Under the pieces are notes generated by a model. The model saw nothing but the letters and a program-made list of their open reading frames with translations, ran no database searches and was not told the DNA's origin. From an uncultured virus (IMG/VR IMGVR_UViG_3300005537_000025) (Duplodnaviria > Heunggongvirae > Uroviricota > Caudoviricetes): a DNA stretch of 64,000 nt. Position numbers and translations under genes: made by a program. Below are positions 18,777 through 29,100 of this stretch, piece after piece. The stretch lies in IMG/VR virus record IMGVR_UViG_3300005537_000025, one strand, 5' to 3'. How positions within the stretch are numbered: the stretch's first letter is position 1; the number at the start of each line of letters is the position of its first letter.

Positions 18777-19097
18777 TCAGGGTGCGGGAAACTTCTCGGC
18801 GAGGTCACGCAGGATGGCCCGCTGCTGGACGCCGAGGCCCCGGAAGCGCCGCTTCCCGTCGATGCCGACCTCGGCGAGGATCTTGTCCGCCTTCGCGGAG
18901 CCGATGCCGGGGACGGCGAGCAGGACGCGGCGGACGGGTGCGGCCAGCAGCGGGGAGTCGTCGCTGTCGAGGACGTCGGCGACGGTGATCTCTCCGCTGC
19001 GGACCTTCGCGAGCGCGGCCGAGCTGGCGGCGCGGGATGCGGCGGCCTTGCGGAGCGCCTCGGCGCGCTGCTCAGGGGTCATTACTGGGAGTGGCAT
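18777..19097 (-). CDS. mihF: Actinobacterial integration host factor (mIHF/sIHF) homologue
   Basis: LP.MTPEQRAEAL.KAA..R...; VRRVLLAVPGIG.AKA.KIL.EVGI...RR.RGLG.QQR..L. Confidence 0.85.
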   Translation of the reverse strand: MPLPVMTPEQRAEALRKAAASRAASSAALAKVRSGEITVADVLDSDDSPLLAAPVRRVLLAVPGIGSAKADKILAEVGIDGKRRFRGLGVQQRAILRDLAEKFPAP

Positions 19098-21318
19098 AAC
19101 TGTTCCTTCCCGGCCGTAGCCGTCTTGTCATCTGGGTGAACCGGCCGACCGAATGCGGTCAGCCAGGGCCGGGTCAGGGTGCCGTAAGCCTCCTGTGCCC
19201 ATTCCGTCGTGGTGCCGGTGAGGTCGCGGGCGGCGAGGGCGAGGATCTCGCCCCGGCCGTACTGGCAGGCGCCGATCCCGGCCCACCAGTCCCCGTCCGC
19301 TCCGTACGCTTCCAGCGCGGCGACTGCGGCGTCGGCCGCGGTGTCGATGGCCCGGTAGTCCGCCTCGACAGCAGCGTGGTACGCCTCCGCGACCTCTGTC
19401 GCGTCGCCAGGACCGCCGCTGACCAGGGTTTTCTCTGCCTCGGCGATCGCGTCGAGGATCTGGGCGGCCTGCGGTCCGAGCATCGCGGACAGGTCCGCCG
19501 TGCGACTCGTGATGGTCCAGCCGTCCGGGCACTCAGCGTCGCCTTCGTCTTCGGTGACCGGCCCGCGCGGCTCCAGTCCGGCCAGTTCCCAGGCGTGCCC
19601 GAGCAGTTCCGTCTCGGTGTCGCCGAATACCTCCGAGGGCAGCAGGCAGCGCGGGTTGGCCGTGACAATAGGCGGCTGGCCTGTGTTGTCACTGCCGGGC
19701 AGGATGCCGTCAGGCTGGGACCGGGCCCTGATTAGGGTGAAGTGGGTCATGACGTCACGCCTCGCGCTTGCGGAGCGCGTGGAGGATCCCGCGCGCTGGA
19801 CGGTCCTCGGCGGGGACGCGGCCGTCCTGGTCGATCGGCCCGGTGTAGCCGGACTCGCGCAGGTCGAAGAACCGCTTGTCGGCTGCCGTCTCTGGCTTGC
19901 CGTCAGCGCGGCGCGATCCGCTGACTGACTTGGTCATCGCTCGTTCCTTCCGGTGATGGCGTCCCCGGCCTGCCCGGGTATCGCTTGCTGCATGGCGCGG
20001 ACTGCAGCCTCAGCCGCCCCCGCGCCGTGGAAGTGGACCTCGGGCCCGTGGTAGTGGTTCGTGATCGCGGTCGGCGTCACCTTCGTGACCTGCGGCTTCC
20101 GTTCGGCGGCGATGGTCTTGTGCGTCGCGGCGAGCTGCGCCAGGTCGGCCGCCCGCATCCGGTGCATGGCACGGCGCAGCAGGACGGCGGCGAGGATCGC
20201 GAGGGCGAGAGCTCCGGCTGCCGCCCCGGCGATCCACCAGATGCGGGCTGCGAGCCACGACAGGACTCCGGTCGCGGCGGCGGCCAGCAGCGCCCACGCA
20301 GCGAGCTGGCCGCCGCCGCCCGAGCAGGACCCGCAGCCGGGGCAGTGGAGGCCAGGACAGCTCATTCCGGGTACCCCGCCTTCTCGCGCAGCTCCTCGTG
20401 GCGTACTTCCAGCACAGAGCGGAGCGCCGGGCCGATGAGCGACCAGGCGAGACGGTGGATAACCGGGGCGCCCAGCCGCCTGGTACGGCCGGACGCCCTG
20501 CAGGGCCGGCATGCCTGTGCACGGCTCCCGTGCACGATGACCCGCCGTCCCCGGCACCGCACACAGCGGTGCACCGGGTGCACGAGCGTGACCAGCACGT
20601 ACACGGTGACGGCTGCGAACATGGCGAGGATCAGCGCTAGTGCACCGTGGCTGGCGCACGCAGCGACGACGACGGCCAGGACGGCGATCAGCATGCCTCA
20701 CCCCTGGTGGGGAAGGGGACACGCCCTGATCCCGTCCGGGTAGCCGCTCGCGTACCCGTCGGCGTAGCCCTTCGCGTAGCCCTCGGCGAGTCCGCGCAGG
20801 TGGCCGGCCTCGGAAGCTTCACGCCAGATGCGGCACGGGTAGCGGTGGCAATTGAGGTCCCCGCAGCTCTGAGGCTCATGGCGTGTCCTGTCGTGGGTCT
20901 GGCTGGCTGCACGCCTGCGTGCCTTCTCGTTCCGGGCGCGCTCGGCGGCTACGGCCCTGGCGACGGCCTGCTTGCGGCGTTCCCGCTCGGCGGCGCGGCG
21001 GACACCAGCCGCGGCCTTCCGGCGGGCCTTCGCCGCAGCCTTCGCCGGCGCGGCTTTCCGGCGCTTCTCCGAGGCCTTGCGCTTCCGCTCGGCAGCGGCG
21101 GCCCGCTTCTTCCAGTCGGTGCGGACCGTGCAGGTGTGTGTGAGCGGGTTGCCGAGCGGCTTGCCGCACTTCGAGCAGGTCAGCGAGACGTGCGGCCGGA
21201 AGGCAGTGCGCCGTGTCCTGCGCTTGCTCGTGGCACTGGTGACGCAGACGTGCCCGAGCGGACGGGAGTAGGTCTTCCCGCACCGGCCGCAGCGGATCAG
21301 CGATACCGAGATCCGCAC
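19082..21318 (-). other. Hypothetical genes of the transfer-like module (19082-19750, 19755-19937, membrane 19934-20365, membrane+Zn 20362-20694, Cys/Lys-rich 20698-21318)
   Basis: Coupled minus-strand ORFs with TM segments and CxxCxG motifs. Confidence 0.6.
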
Positions 21319-21506
21319 GCCCGCTGATCCTCCGTCTTGTGCAGGTGCTCCCTAGGGACTGCCATTCCGCGCGCCGTGATGCCTGTGTAGGTCCCGCATA
21401 ACATCGCAGGTCACAGGCCCGCACTCTGTAGCGCCCGTTATCGCGCTCCATGTCTTCGCAGGTCCGGGGCTGTAGGAGATGTTTAACGGTTTCCGGGGTC
21501 CTGGTC

Positions 21507-23837
21507 CTACACACCGGCCGTCTCCTTCACCCTCGCGAGCGCGTCCCCGAGGCCGTCCGGCTTCACGAGGACATCCCGCGAGACCGAGCCTTCCCTCGCC
21601 GTGCCGACGATCCCGGCCAGCTCGAGCGCAGCCATCAGGTCCAGTGCCTCGGCGTGCGTCACCCGGAGCTTGCGCTGGAGCATCGCGGTCGTCGCGTGCT
21701 GGGTGCTGATCACCTGCTCGGCAGCGAGGGCCAGCAGTTCCGGGTCGGCCCGCTGCCCTTCAGCAGGCGCTGCGGCCGGGACCTTGCCGGCCAGTGCCGC
21801 CTCTACAGCCGCGCGCTCGCATCCCAGGTTCGGGTCCCTGCCGGGCTCACGGACGTTCTTCACGGTGACTCCGCGCGCCTTGAGCTGGCTTGAGACCGCA
21901 GCAGGAGTGGTGTCCGCGTAGACGCCCGGGATCCGGTCACGCATGCGCTCGGCGATGGTCTTGCACCACAGGTTCGGTTCGGTGCCGAACACCGACAGGA
22001 CATCGGCGAGGTAGTCGCGGGTTTCCTCCGCCGGGTTCTCCTCGCCGAGCGCGTGACCGGACAGCACGCCGGCGGCCTCGCGCATCGCTCGCGCACGGGC
22101 AGCGACTTTCTTGGTCGCGGGCAGGTTGAGGTAGTAGACCTTCGGCGCGCAGGGCTCGGCAGCCCCGCGCAGCCAGCCCAGGCCCGCGTCTATCTCGTGA
22201 CGGAACTCGGCGGCGTTCCAGCCCGCCGTGTATGAGCCGGTGCCGAGGATCATGTCGTTAGTGACCTGGTCGTTGACCTTCAGGCAGAACCGGATCACGA
22301 GCACGGCGGTGATGGCCGGCGGGATCGAGCCCTGGCCGGGCCGCTGGGTCGCGAGGAAGATCATGATCCCGTAGGCCCGTCCGAGGCGCATGACGAACTC
22401 CATGTCCGCCTCAATCTGCTCGCCGTACCTGGGATGGCTGAAGGCGTTGTGAGCCTCATCGAACACGGCCGCGATCGGGCGGAGCCGCCTGTCGGCCAGC
22501 GCCAGCTCGCGGGTCAGGGCGGCGTCCGGCTTGCGTTCCCCAGGTATGGTCTTGAAGATCTTCTGCCGCTTCTCCAGTTCCCTGCGCAGCATGCGCAGGG
22601 ACTCGGCGGTGTAGGCGATGGACTCGTCATCGATCCCGGACACGTAGCGGTGGGATACCTGCGCGTACGGCTCCAGGTCACCCTTGCCGGAGTGCTCGTG
22701 AATCCACAGGTCGCACACCGTGTCGAGCGCGGCCCAGGCCAGCAGCACCCTGAGTGTCGCGGTCTTGCCGTTGCCCATGGTCGCACCGACCAGCCAGTTG
22801 GCCTGGAACATCGGTACGGTGACTTTCGTCCCGCGCGGGAGGGTGCCGAACGGCGCCTGCTGGAAGATGTCCCCTGTGCCGGACTTCAGCAGCGGGTACG
22901 GGACGGGCTTCTGCTTCGCCAGGTCGCGGCGGCCGATCCACAGGAACAGGCGCCCCTCGTGCTCTCCGGGAACCGCTTCAGGCCAGACGGCGGAAAGCGG
23001 GCGGCGCAGCCCGGACGACAGTTCCTTGCGCTTGGCGATGATCATCTTCGCGGTGACGCCCTTGGGCAGGTCAAGCTCGATCGCCCAGCCGTCGTTGTCG
23101 TTGTGCAGGTCGATGATCCAGTCGAGCGTGCCCGCCGTCTTGATGTGGGCGCTCAGCCTGCCGATGCCGAGGCTGTCGAACGCCTGGGTGATGATCTCCT
23201 TCGTCGGCGGCTGGTACTGCGGGGGGACGATCGCCGAGTGGATGATCGGCTTCCCGATGGGCCTGCCGTGATAAACCAGCACCGGGTACGTGGCGCATCC
23301 GGCGAGCGGCCAGGCCCACCAGGGCGCGAACTTCAGGGCCGCAGCGATGACACCGGCCGCCAGGAACGCGCTGACCCCGACGATCTGGCCGTGCCGCTTG
23401 CGGGTCCGCGTGCCTTCAAGATGGGCCTGCATCGCCTGGTGGTGGGCCGCATTGCCCCTGGCGACAGCCTCGGATTCCAGGATCTTCAGTTCAGGTGCGG
23501 ACCACCAGCGGGCTAGCTTCTTCACCAGCCGCCACCCGCCCCGGCCGGCCAGGAAGCTGAACCACACCGGGTACCACGGTGACCTGACCGCGTGATACGC
23601 GCACCGGTAGCAGGTTTCCCCGGCCCATTCGCCGGCGGTCTGCCGCCAGCGGTCACGGCCGAGCGCGGGGGGGACGATGGGGCGGCGCTTGCCTGGCTCG
23701 CCGTCACCGGCGGCCACCGCGGGCGGGATTGGCGGGCCGGGCGGCTGGCCGGAGTCCTGTGCATCCGCACCGGAATCCGGCCGCAGGGCGATGACCTGGC
23801 CGCCCTCATCCTCGCCGTGTCCGTTGAGGCTCGTCAT
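21507..23837 (-). CDS. FtsK/SpoIIIE-family DNA translocase (TraB/TraSA-like) with C-terminal FtsK-gamma winged helix
   Basis: N-terminal TM segments, GATMGNGKT, VFDEAH, LATQRP, and C-terminal DPELLALAAEQVISTQHATTAMLQRKLRV; ATG at 23837 overlaps the upstream stop. Confidence 0.9.
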   Translation of the reverse strand: MTSLNGHGEDEGGQVIALRPDSGADAQDSGQPPGPPIPPAVAAGDGEPGKRRPIVPPALGRDRWRQTAGEWAGETCYRCAYHAVRSPWYPVWFSFLAGRGGWRLVKKLARWWSAPELKILESEAVARGNAAHHQAMQAHLEGTRTRKRHGQIVGVSAFLAAGVIAAALKFAPWWAWPLAGCATYPVLVYHGRPIGKPIIHSAIVPPQYQPPTKEIITQAFDSLGIGRLSAHIKTAGTLDWIIDLHNDNDGWAIELDLPKGVTAKMIIAKRKELSSGLRRPLSAVWPEAVPGEHEGRLFLWIGRRDLAKQKPVPYPLLKSGTGDIFQQAPFGTLPRGTKVTVPMFQANWLVGATMGNGKTATLRVLLAWAALDTVCDLWIHEHSGKGDLEPYAQVSHRYVSGIDDESIAYTAESLRMLRRELEKRQKIFKTIPGERKPDAALTRELALADRRLRPIAAVFDEAHNAFSHPRYGEQIEADMEFVMRLGRAYGIMIFLATQRPGQGSIPPAITAVLVIRFCLKVNDQVTNDMILGTGSYTAGWNAAEFRHEIDAGLGWLRGAAEPCAPKVYYLNLPATKKVAARARAMREAAGVLSGHALGEENPAEETRDYLADVLSVFGTEPNLWCKTIAERMRDRIPGVYADTTPAAVSSQLKARGVTVKNVREPGRDPNLGCERAAVEAALAGKVPAAAPAEGQRADPELLALAAEQVISTQHATTAMLQRKLRVTHAEALDLMAALELAGIVGTAREGSVSRDVLVKPDGLGDALARVKETAGV

Positions 23838-24040
23838 GAGGCGACCCGCGACATGGCCGGCCAGAACACTGACCGGACCGTGATCACGGTCGCGGCCATG
23901 CAGACGGCGATGACCGTGCACAGGATCAGCACGCCCAGCGAGGTGCCGAAGGCGTGCCCGGCCAGCGTGACGGTGACGTGCTGGTGGCAGGCGGCGATGA
24001 GAGCGCCGATTGCGGCGACGATGGCGTACAGGGTGTTCAT
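23834..24040 (-). CDS. Small two-TM membrane protein
   Basis: Hydrophobic; coupled to traB. Confidence 0.6.
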   Translation of the reverse strand: MNTLYAIVAAIGALIAACHQHVTVTLAGHAFGTSLGVLILCTVIAVCMAATVITVRSVFWPAMSRVAS

Positions 24041-24330
24041 GCCGCCGCCGTCCTCTCTGCGTGGCGCTGGCGGCGGAGATCGCTGCGGCGGAGCTGAGCC
24101 CGCTGGCCGCCGTCGAACCCGGCCCAGATCCCGTCATCCCGCTGATACGGGTAGCCCAGCCGGTACATCAGGCACTCGACGCGCACAGGGCATCCGGCAC
24201 AGACGGCTTTCGCCTGCTTCTCGCGCTCGGCGCGGGCTACGGCATCTTCGCCGTCCGGGCCGAAGAAGAGCGTCAGCGGCAGATCACGGCACGCAGCGTG
24301 CCGCATCCACGCTCGGGGCGGGCCGTTCAT
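24037..24330 (-). CDS. WhiB-family Fe-S transcription regulator
   Basis: W...AAC...LFF...AKAVCAGCPVRVECL...GIWAG. Confidence 0.9.
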   Translation of the reverse strand: MNGPPRAWMRHAACRDLPLTLFFGPDGEDAVARAEREKQAKAVCAGCPVRVECLMYRLGYPYQRDDGIWAGFDGGQRAQLRRSDLRRQRHAERTAAA

Positions 24331-24854
24331 GACGCACCCTGCTCGCGGGTGCGGACCCGGTCGGCCGCGAGCAGGTGTGCATCGCACAGGCACCCGCCGT
24401 GGCTGATGGCGGAGTCGTGTTCGCAGGTGGCAGGCTCGCCGCAGTACTTGCACTGGCGGGGCGCCGGCTCGTACCAGAACAGGAACAGCCACGGCACCGG
24501 GATCCGGCCGTAGCGGACCACCAGCAGGCGCGGCCGGAACCGGCGGACGGCGGACGGGGTGCAGTCCGTGACCGGGCACCAGTACACGTCGTCAGGATCG
24601 CCGTTGAAGTTCGCGACCAGCAGCCACGGGACGGCGGTGCCGTCATCGGACCAGTCGCGCACCTCGTAGACCTCGCCGCGGTCACCGCACCGGACCCTAC
24701 TGCGGATGCTGTACCAGCGGCGGGTGAGACGGAAACGCCATGACGAGACGGCAGTGACCTCGTACCGGTTATCGGACCAGGCCGAGACGCAGCTGAACAG
24801 CCACACCAGGACGAGGCCTGCGGCGATCAGCCAGGGAAGGAGGGAGGTGCTCAT
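24327..24854 (-). CDS. Hypothetical membrane-anchored protein with a C-terminal Zn motif
   Basis: N-terminal TM; CKYCGEPATC...CDAH. Confidence 0.55.
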   Translation of the reverse strand: MSTSLLPWLIAAGLVLVWLFSCVSAWSDNRYEVTAVSSWRFRLTRRWYSIRSRVRCGDRGEVYEVRDWSDDGTAVPWLLVANFNGDPDDVYWCPVTDCTPSAVRRFRPRLLVVRYGRIPVPWLFLFWYEPAPRQCKYCGEPATCEHDSAISHGGCLCDAHLLAADRVRTREQGAS

Positions 24855-24901
24855 GCGGTCATCTCCGTATTAATTCTGAGCGTTATCCGTGAGATACTCC
24901 A

Positions 24902-24970
24902 ACCATGACCCCTGCCCGCGTAAATGTCAATCCGCCGGAGCTAGGCGTTAACGGTTACCGGCAATACGAT
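24902..24970. promoter_or_regulatory. Divergent promoters between the tra-like operon and the GntR gene
   Basis: Minus: TTGACA-17-CATGGT (24930-24902); plus: TAGGCG-17-TACGAT (24942-24970). Confidence 0.55.
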
Positions 24971-25009
24971 GGGCGCGATAGCCGGAGACGGAGGAGAGGG
25001 AAGCGCCGC

Positions 25010-25531
25010 GTGAAGCTGACGCCGCCAGTGGCGCGCTACGAACAGGTAGCGCGGGACCTGCGGCAGCGGATACTCGCCGGCGAGTGGGCTCCGGGTGTCA
25101 CCCTGCCTGGCGCTCCGGCCATGGCCCGCGAGTACGGAGTCACCCAGTCTGTCGCCCAGAGGGCGCTGGAAACGCTGGTCGCGTGGCGGCTGGCCAGAGT
25201 CGGCGACGGGCGCGGCACGGTAGTCCTCCCTCTGCACCGCTACGCCGTCGTGGCCCGCATTGCCCTTGCGGCCCCCGGTATCGACGCCGATGCATACGGC
25301 AGGCTTCTTGATGCGCTCGAGGCGGTGGTCGCGGATGACCCTATGGCGGAGGCCGTGGGCGCAGCACTGGCCGGGGACGGGCCAGCAGTCGCGGCCGTCA
25401 TCCTCGCCGCGCACTCCGGGCATGCGGCCGACCGGCTCTGCGAGCTTATCCGCGAGGCGGCCGGAAGAGACTGGGACCTGGACGGGGCGTCTGTGGAAGC
25501 ACGGCCGGAACAGGAGGACCGGAATGGATGA
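25010..25531 (+). CDS. GntR-family regulator (KorSA/TraR-like)
   Basis: YEQVARDLRQRILAGEWAPG..LP....AREYGV....QRAL..L...GRGTVV; divergent from the traB operon. Confidence 0.85.
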   Translation: MKLTPPVARYEQVARDLRQRILAGEWAPGVTLPGAPAMAREYGVTQSVAQRALETLVAWRLARVGDGRGTVVLPLHRYAVVARIALAAPGIDADAYGRLLDALEAVVADDPMAEAVGAALAGDGPAVAAVILAAHSGHAADRLCELIREAAGRDWDLDGASVEARPEQEDRNG

Positions 25532-25819
25532 GCAGCGTTACGTGCTGGTCATGGTGCCTGCCAGCCGGGTGAAGGAGGTCCCGGTAGAGGGCCGGCGGGA
25601 CGCGGTCATCCTGGGGCCGGACGGCGGCGTGACGGCCGGGTGCCCGCACTCAATTCGGCGCCCCCGGGCGGGACTGCCCGTCAGCCGGGCCAGAGTGACG
25701 AACCGGCGCGTAACCCCGGGATAGGGACTATTCCCCATGCACCCGGGTGCTTGTCCCCCTGCCCGTGTGATTCACAAGCTGCGCATAGTTAAGACCCCGC
25801 GTTATGCTGGCTGGTGTCG

Positions 25820-27124
25820 ATGCAGTCAGATAGGCAGGGTCTCATCGTGGATTCTACACCAGGGAGCAGCCCCGAGCTTGCCGGGAAACCGGCCGGCGAG
25901 CGGATCAGGTACTTCAGGGAGCGTGCGGGGATGTCCCGGCCCGTACTCGCGGGCCTTGCCGGGAAGTCAGCAGAATGGGTGAAGGCCGTGGAGACGGGAC
26001 GGCTGCAAGTCCCCCGGATTCCGCTGCTGCTGCGCATCGCGGAGATACTCCAGGTCGCTGACCTGTCAGAGCTGACCGGGGATCAGCGCCTTTCCGTTGC
26101 CCAGTTCGGCAAGGCCCGGCATGAGTCCCTCGGCACAGTCAGCAGCGCGCTGACCGACTACATGTTCCGGCCGGCGGATACGGAACCCGTCGCGGCATCC
26201 GAGCTCTCGGCGCGGACCTGCGAGGCGTGGGAGATGTGGCACGGGGCGAGACGGCAGCGGACGGCAGTGTCGGTCGTGCTCCCGGGCCTGCTGCGGGATG
26301 CGCGGGATTCGGCCCGCCGCCTGGCCGGCGACGAGCGCCGCTCCGCGCTCCGCTCGCTCGCCCAGACCTATCACGTCACCCAGCTCTTCCTTTCCTTCCA
26401 GCCGCGCCCGGACCTGATCATGCTGTGCGGCGACAGGGCCATGCAGGCCGCGCAGGACGCGGACGACCCGGCGGCGATCGCCGCTGCGGCCTGGTACCTG
26501 AATCACGTCTTCCGCGATGCGGGGGAGGCGGCCGAGGCCCGTACTGCGCTGGCGCTGTCCGCCGCGCGGCTGCTCCGCCCGGGCGAGTCTGAGGAAGATC
26601 TCGCACTGTGGGGGCTGCTCCAGCTTTCGTGTGCCCTGTCGTACGCGAAGACCGGGCGCGAGGGTGAGGCGTGGGGCTACTGGGACGAGGCGTCAAGGGC
26701 GGCCAGGACGCTGGGTGCCGGGTACGCGCACCCCTGGCTGATATTCGGCCCCGGGATGACCGAGGCGTACGCGGTCACCATGCATGCTGACCTGATGCAG
26801 GGCGGTAACGCGGTCCGGCAGGCGAACCGGCTGCGCCTGGCCGGCATGCCCAGCGCGACCCGCCGAAGCTTCCACCTGATCGAGTCCGCACGCGCCCGTT
26901 CCCTGCGCTCGCGCACGGCGCGACCGGACCCGGTGGCGATCATCAGCCTGCTGGAGCAGGCGCGGGACGAGTCGCCGGATACCGCGCGGTACAACCTGTT
27001 CACCCGCTCATGGGTGGCCGATGCCGCCGAGAGGGGCGCGGAGGCGATACGCGAGCGGGCGCGGTCCCTGGCTGCCGCAGTCGGCATCGCCGCCTTAACG
27101 GGTACAGAACGTACCCATCGGTGA
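25820..27124 (+). CDS. XRE-HTH regulator with a long helical (TPR-like) C-terminus
   Basis: GERIRYFRERAGMSRPVLAGLAGKSAEWVKAVETGRL. Confidence 0.85.
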   Translation: MQSDRQGLIVDSTPGSSPELAGKPAGERIRYFRERAGMSRPVLAGLAGKSAEWVKAVETGRLQVPRIPLLLRIAEILQVADLSELTGDQRLSVAQFGKARHESLGTVSSALTDYMFRPADTEPVAASELSARTCEAWEMWHGARRQRTAVSVVLPGLLRDARDSARRLAGDERRSALRSLAQTYHVTQLFLSFQPRPDLIMLCGDRAMQAAQDADDPAAIAAAAWYLNHVFRDAGEAAEARTALALSAARLLRPGESEEDLALWGLLQLSCALSYAKTGREGEAWGYWDEASRAARTLGAGYAHPWLIFGPGMTEAYAVTMHADLMQGGNAVRQANRLRLAGMPSATRRSFHLIESARARSLRSRTARPDPVAIISLLEQARDESPDTARYNLFTRSWVADAAERGAEAIRERARSLAAAVGIAALTGTERTHR

Positions 27125-27143
27125 CGGGGTACGACGTGTACCC
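27100..27143. promoter_or_regulatory. Pair of GGGTAC-N5-GTACCC palindromes (putative XRE operators)
   Basis: 27100-27116 and 27127-27143. Confidence 0.6.
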
Positions 27144-27349
27144 GTCGCCTGCCTTTCCCCGTAGTTGACTGCCCGTATCCCGATCGTCGCGCCAGGGAGG
27201 CCAGCGGATGGGCAGGGCAGGGAACAAGACTGCCGGGGGGGGCGCGCGATGCGCATGACCCCGTTCAAGATCGGCACCGCCATCATTCTCCTGACGGTCT
27301 TCGGCCTCGGCGTGGTGCCGGAACTGCGCCGGCGGCACAGGAGGCCACG

Positions 27350-28037
27350 GTGAGCGCGCGTCCGCGCGGCATCGCGGGACGGTTCGCCGGCCCGCTCGCC
27401 GAGGTCAGGTACCACTGGGGCGACGCATACGAGATCTGGGCCGCCGACGGCCGGTGCCGCGCACGGCGCAGGGACGGCAAGGGGAGTGAGCTGTCAGACC
27501 CCTGCCCGGCCGGGCTGCGGCTGCGGATCGTCTCGGATTACTTCGCCGATCCTGTGCCGAGGGAGCGTGCGACATGACCGAGCAGGAGTGCGCGGCCTTC
27601 GAGCGCAAGCACCCGGACCTGCCGAGCGAGCTGAGGGACTGGCGGGCGGCGCACCCGGCCGGGACCGTCGCCGACGCCATCAAGGCCCTGCGTCTGTGGC
27701 GCAACCCGCGCGACGGCATGGCCCAGCGGTTCGTCTGGTGGGCGCTGAAGGAGCTCGGTGACCCCGTCGCGCTGCGAGGATTCGACGCCGTCGGAGGGAA
27801 GCTGCGGTGAGCTACCTCCACCTCGTGCCCGGCCGGGCAGAGGATCCCGGCCAGGTGCGGCGCCTCAACGCTTTCATGGACAGGATGCCGGGGGCGACGG
27901 TCCTGCGCCCGTCGGGCCTCGACCATCCGTGGGAGCTCACAGTCCCCGAACCGGACGGGTACCGCGTTCTCGTGGATTATGACCTGGCGGGGCTGATGGC
28001 CAAGGCGGACAGGCACTACCCGGACCACGCGCAGTGA
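27350..28037 (+). other. Three small coupled hypothetical genes (27350-27577, 27574-27810, 27807-28037)
   Basis: Start/stop overlaps. Confidence 0.55.
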
Positions 28038-28275
28038 GCTTCCCGGCCGGCACGATGGTGCGGCATGCCGTGCCGCCCGGGAAGCCCGGTCACCGCACCC
28101 CCGCCGTCCCGCGGTGACCGGGCCTGAGGGAGGCATGTGCCGGGGGCGGCGCGGGAGGCAGCCGCCCCCGGCACGGCCGTCCGCGCGGCCACGGATGAAC
28201 GGCACGTTACCGGCAGGTAGCGGGAATATTGACCAGGAACAGGGAACGGGACGGCGGGGAAAGGGAGTGACCTCC

Positions 28276-29100
28276 ATGCGAGGCGGGGACAGGCCCCCGG
28301 TCGATCTTGGTGTCCCGAGCATCGCCCGGATGTACGACTACTGGCTGGGCGGCAGCGACAGCTTCGCGGCCGACAGGGCAGCCGCCGCCGAGGTGGAGCG
28401 CCTGTTCCCCGGAACCCGGCTCATAGCCGTCCGCAACCGGCTATTCCTCGGCAGGGCGGTCACCTGGCTCGCGCAGCAGGGCGTCGGGCAGTTCCTGGAC
28501 CTGGGCGCGGGCATCCCCACGAGGGGAGAGACAGAAGCAGGCGGCGAGCGGGTCCGGATCATCCCCGTCCACGAGGCTGCCCGGGCTGTGTTTCCCTCAG
28601 CCAGGGTCGTCTACGTGGACTCTGACCCGGTCGCGGTCGCGCATGCACGGGCGATGGCGACTGCCCCGGGAGTCATCGCGATCCGCGCCGACCTGACGGA
28701 CGCGGCAGCGGTCCTGGCTGACTGGCGCATAGGTGAGCTGATCGACCTGCGCAGGCCGGCCGGGCTGATATTCGGGATGGTGCTGCATTTCCTGTCCGGC
28801 GAGCAGGCGCGGCAGGTCGTCGCCGCGTACTCGCGGGCAGCAGCGCCGGGGAGCTATGTGGTCATCTCCGCCGGGCACAACGACGACGATGAGGTGTTCC
28901 GGCAGGTCCGCGAGCTGGTCCGGCGTTCCGGCCTGGACCTGTTCAACCACTCCGCGCAGGACATCGCGGGTTTCTTCGACGGCATGGATCTCCTCGACCC
29001 GGGTGTCGTCCCGGCCCGGGGCTGGCGGCCGGGATGGCACGACTGCCTGGAGGCCGACGGGTCCGCGTACGCGCTCGCGGGGGTCGGGCGGGTCCGCTAG
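28276..29100 (+). CDS. Actinobacterial SAM-dependent methyltransferase (Methyltransf_19 type)
   Basis: PSIARMYDYWLGG...ADRAAA...NRLFLGRAV..L...GVGQFLDLGAGIP...VVYVDSDPVAVAH. Confidence 0.9.
   Translation: MRGGDRPPVDLGVPSIARMYDYWLGGSDSFAADRAAAAEVERLFPGTRLIAVRNRLFLGRAVTWLAQQGVGQFLDLGAGIPTRGETEAGGERVRIIPVHEAARAVFPSARVVYVDSDPVAVAHARAMATAPGVIAIRADLTDAAAVLADWRIGELIDLRRPAGLIFGMVLHFLSGEQARQVVAAYSRAAAPGSYVVISAGHNDDDEVFRQVRELVRRSGLDLFNHSAQDIAGFFDGMDLLDPGVVPARGWRPGWHDCLEADGSAYALAGVGRVR

Noticed and set aside
23838..24137. N-terminal extension of the FtsK ORF
   Set aside because: It overlaps the small membrane gene and whiB; ATG 23837 with a stop/start overlap is the better start.
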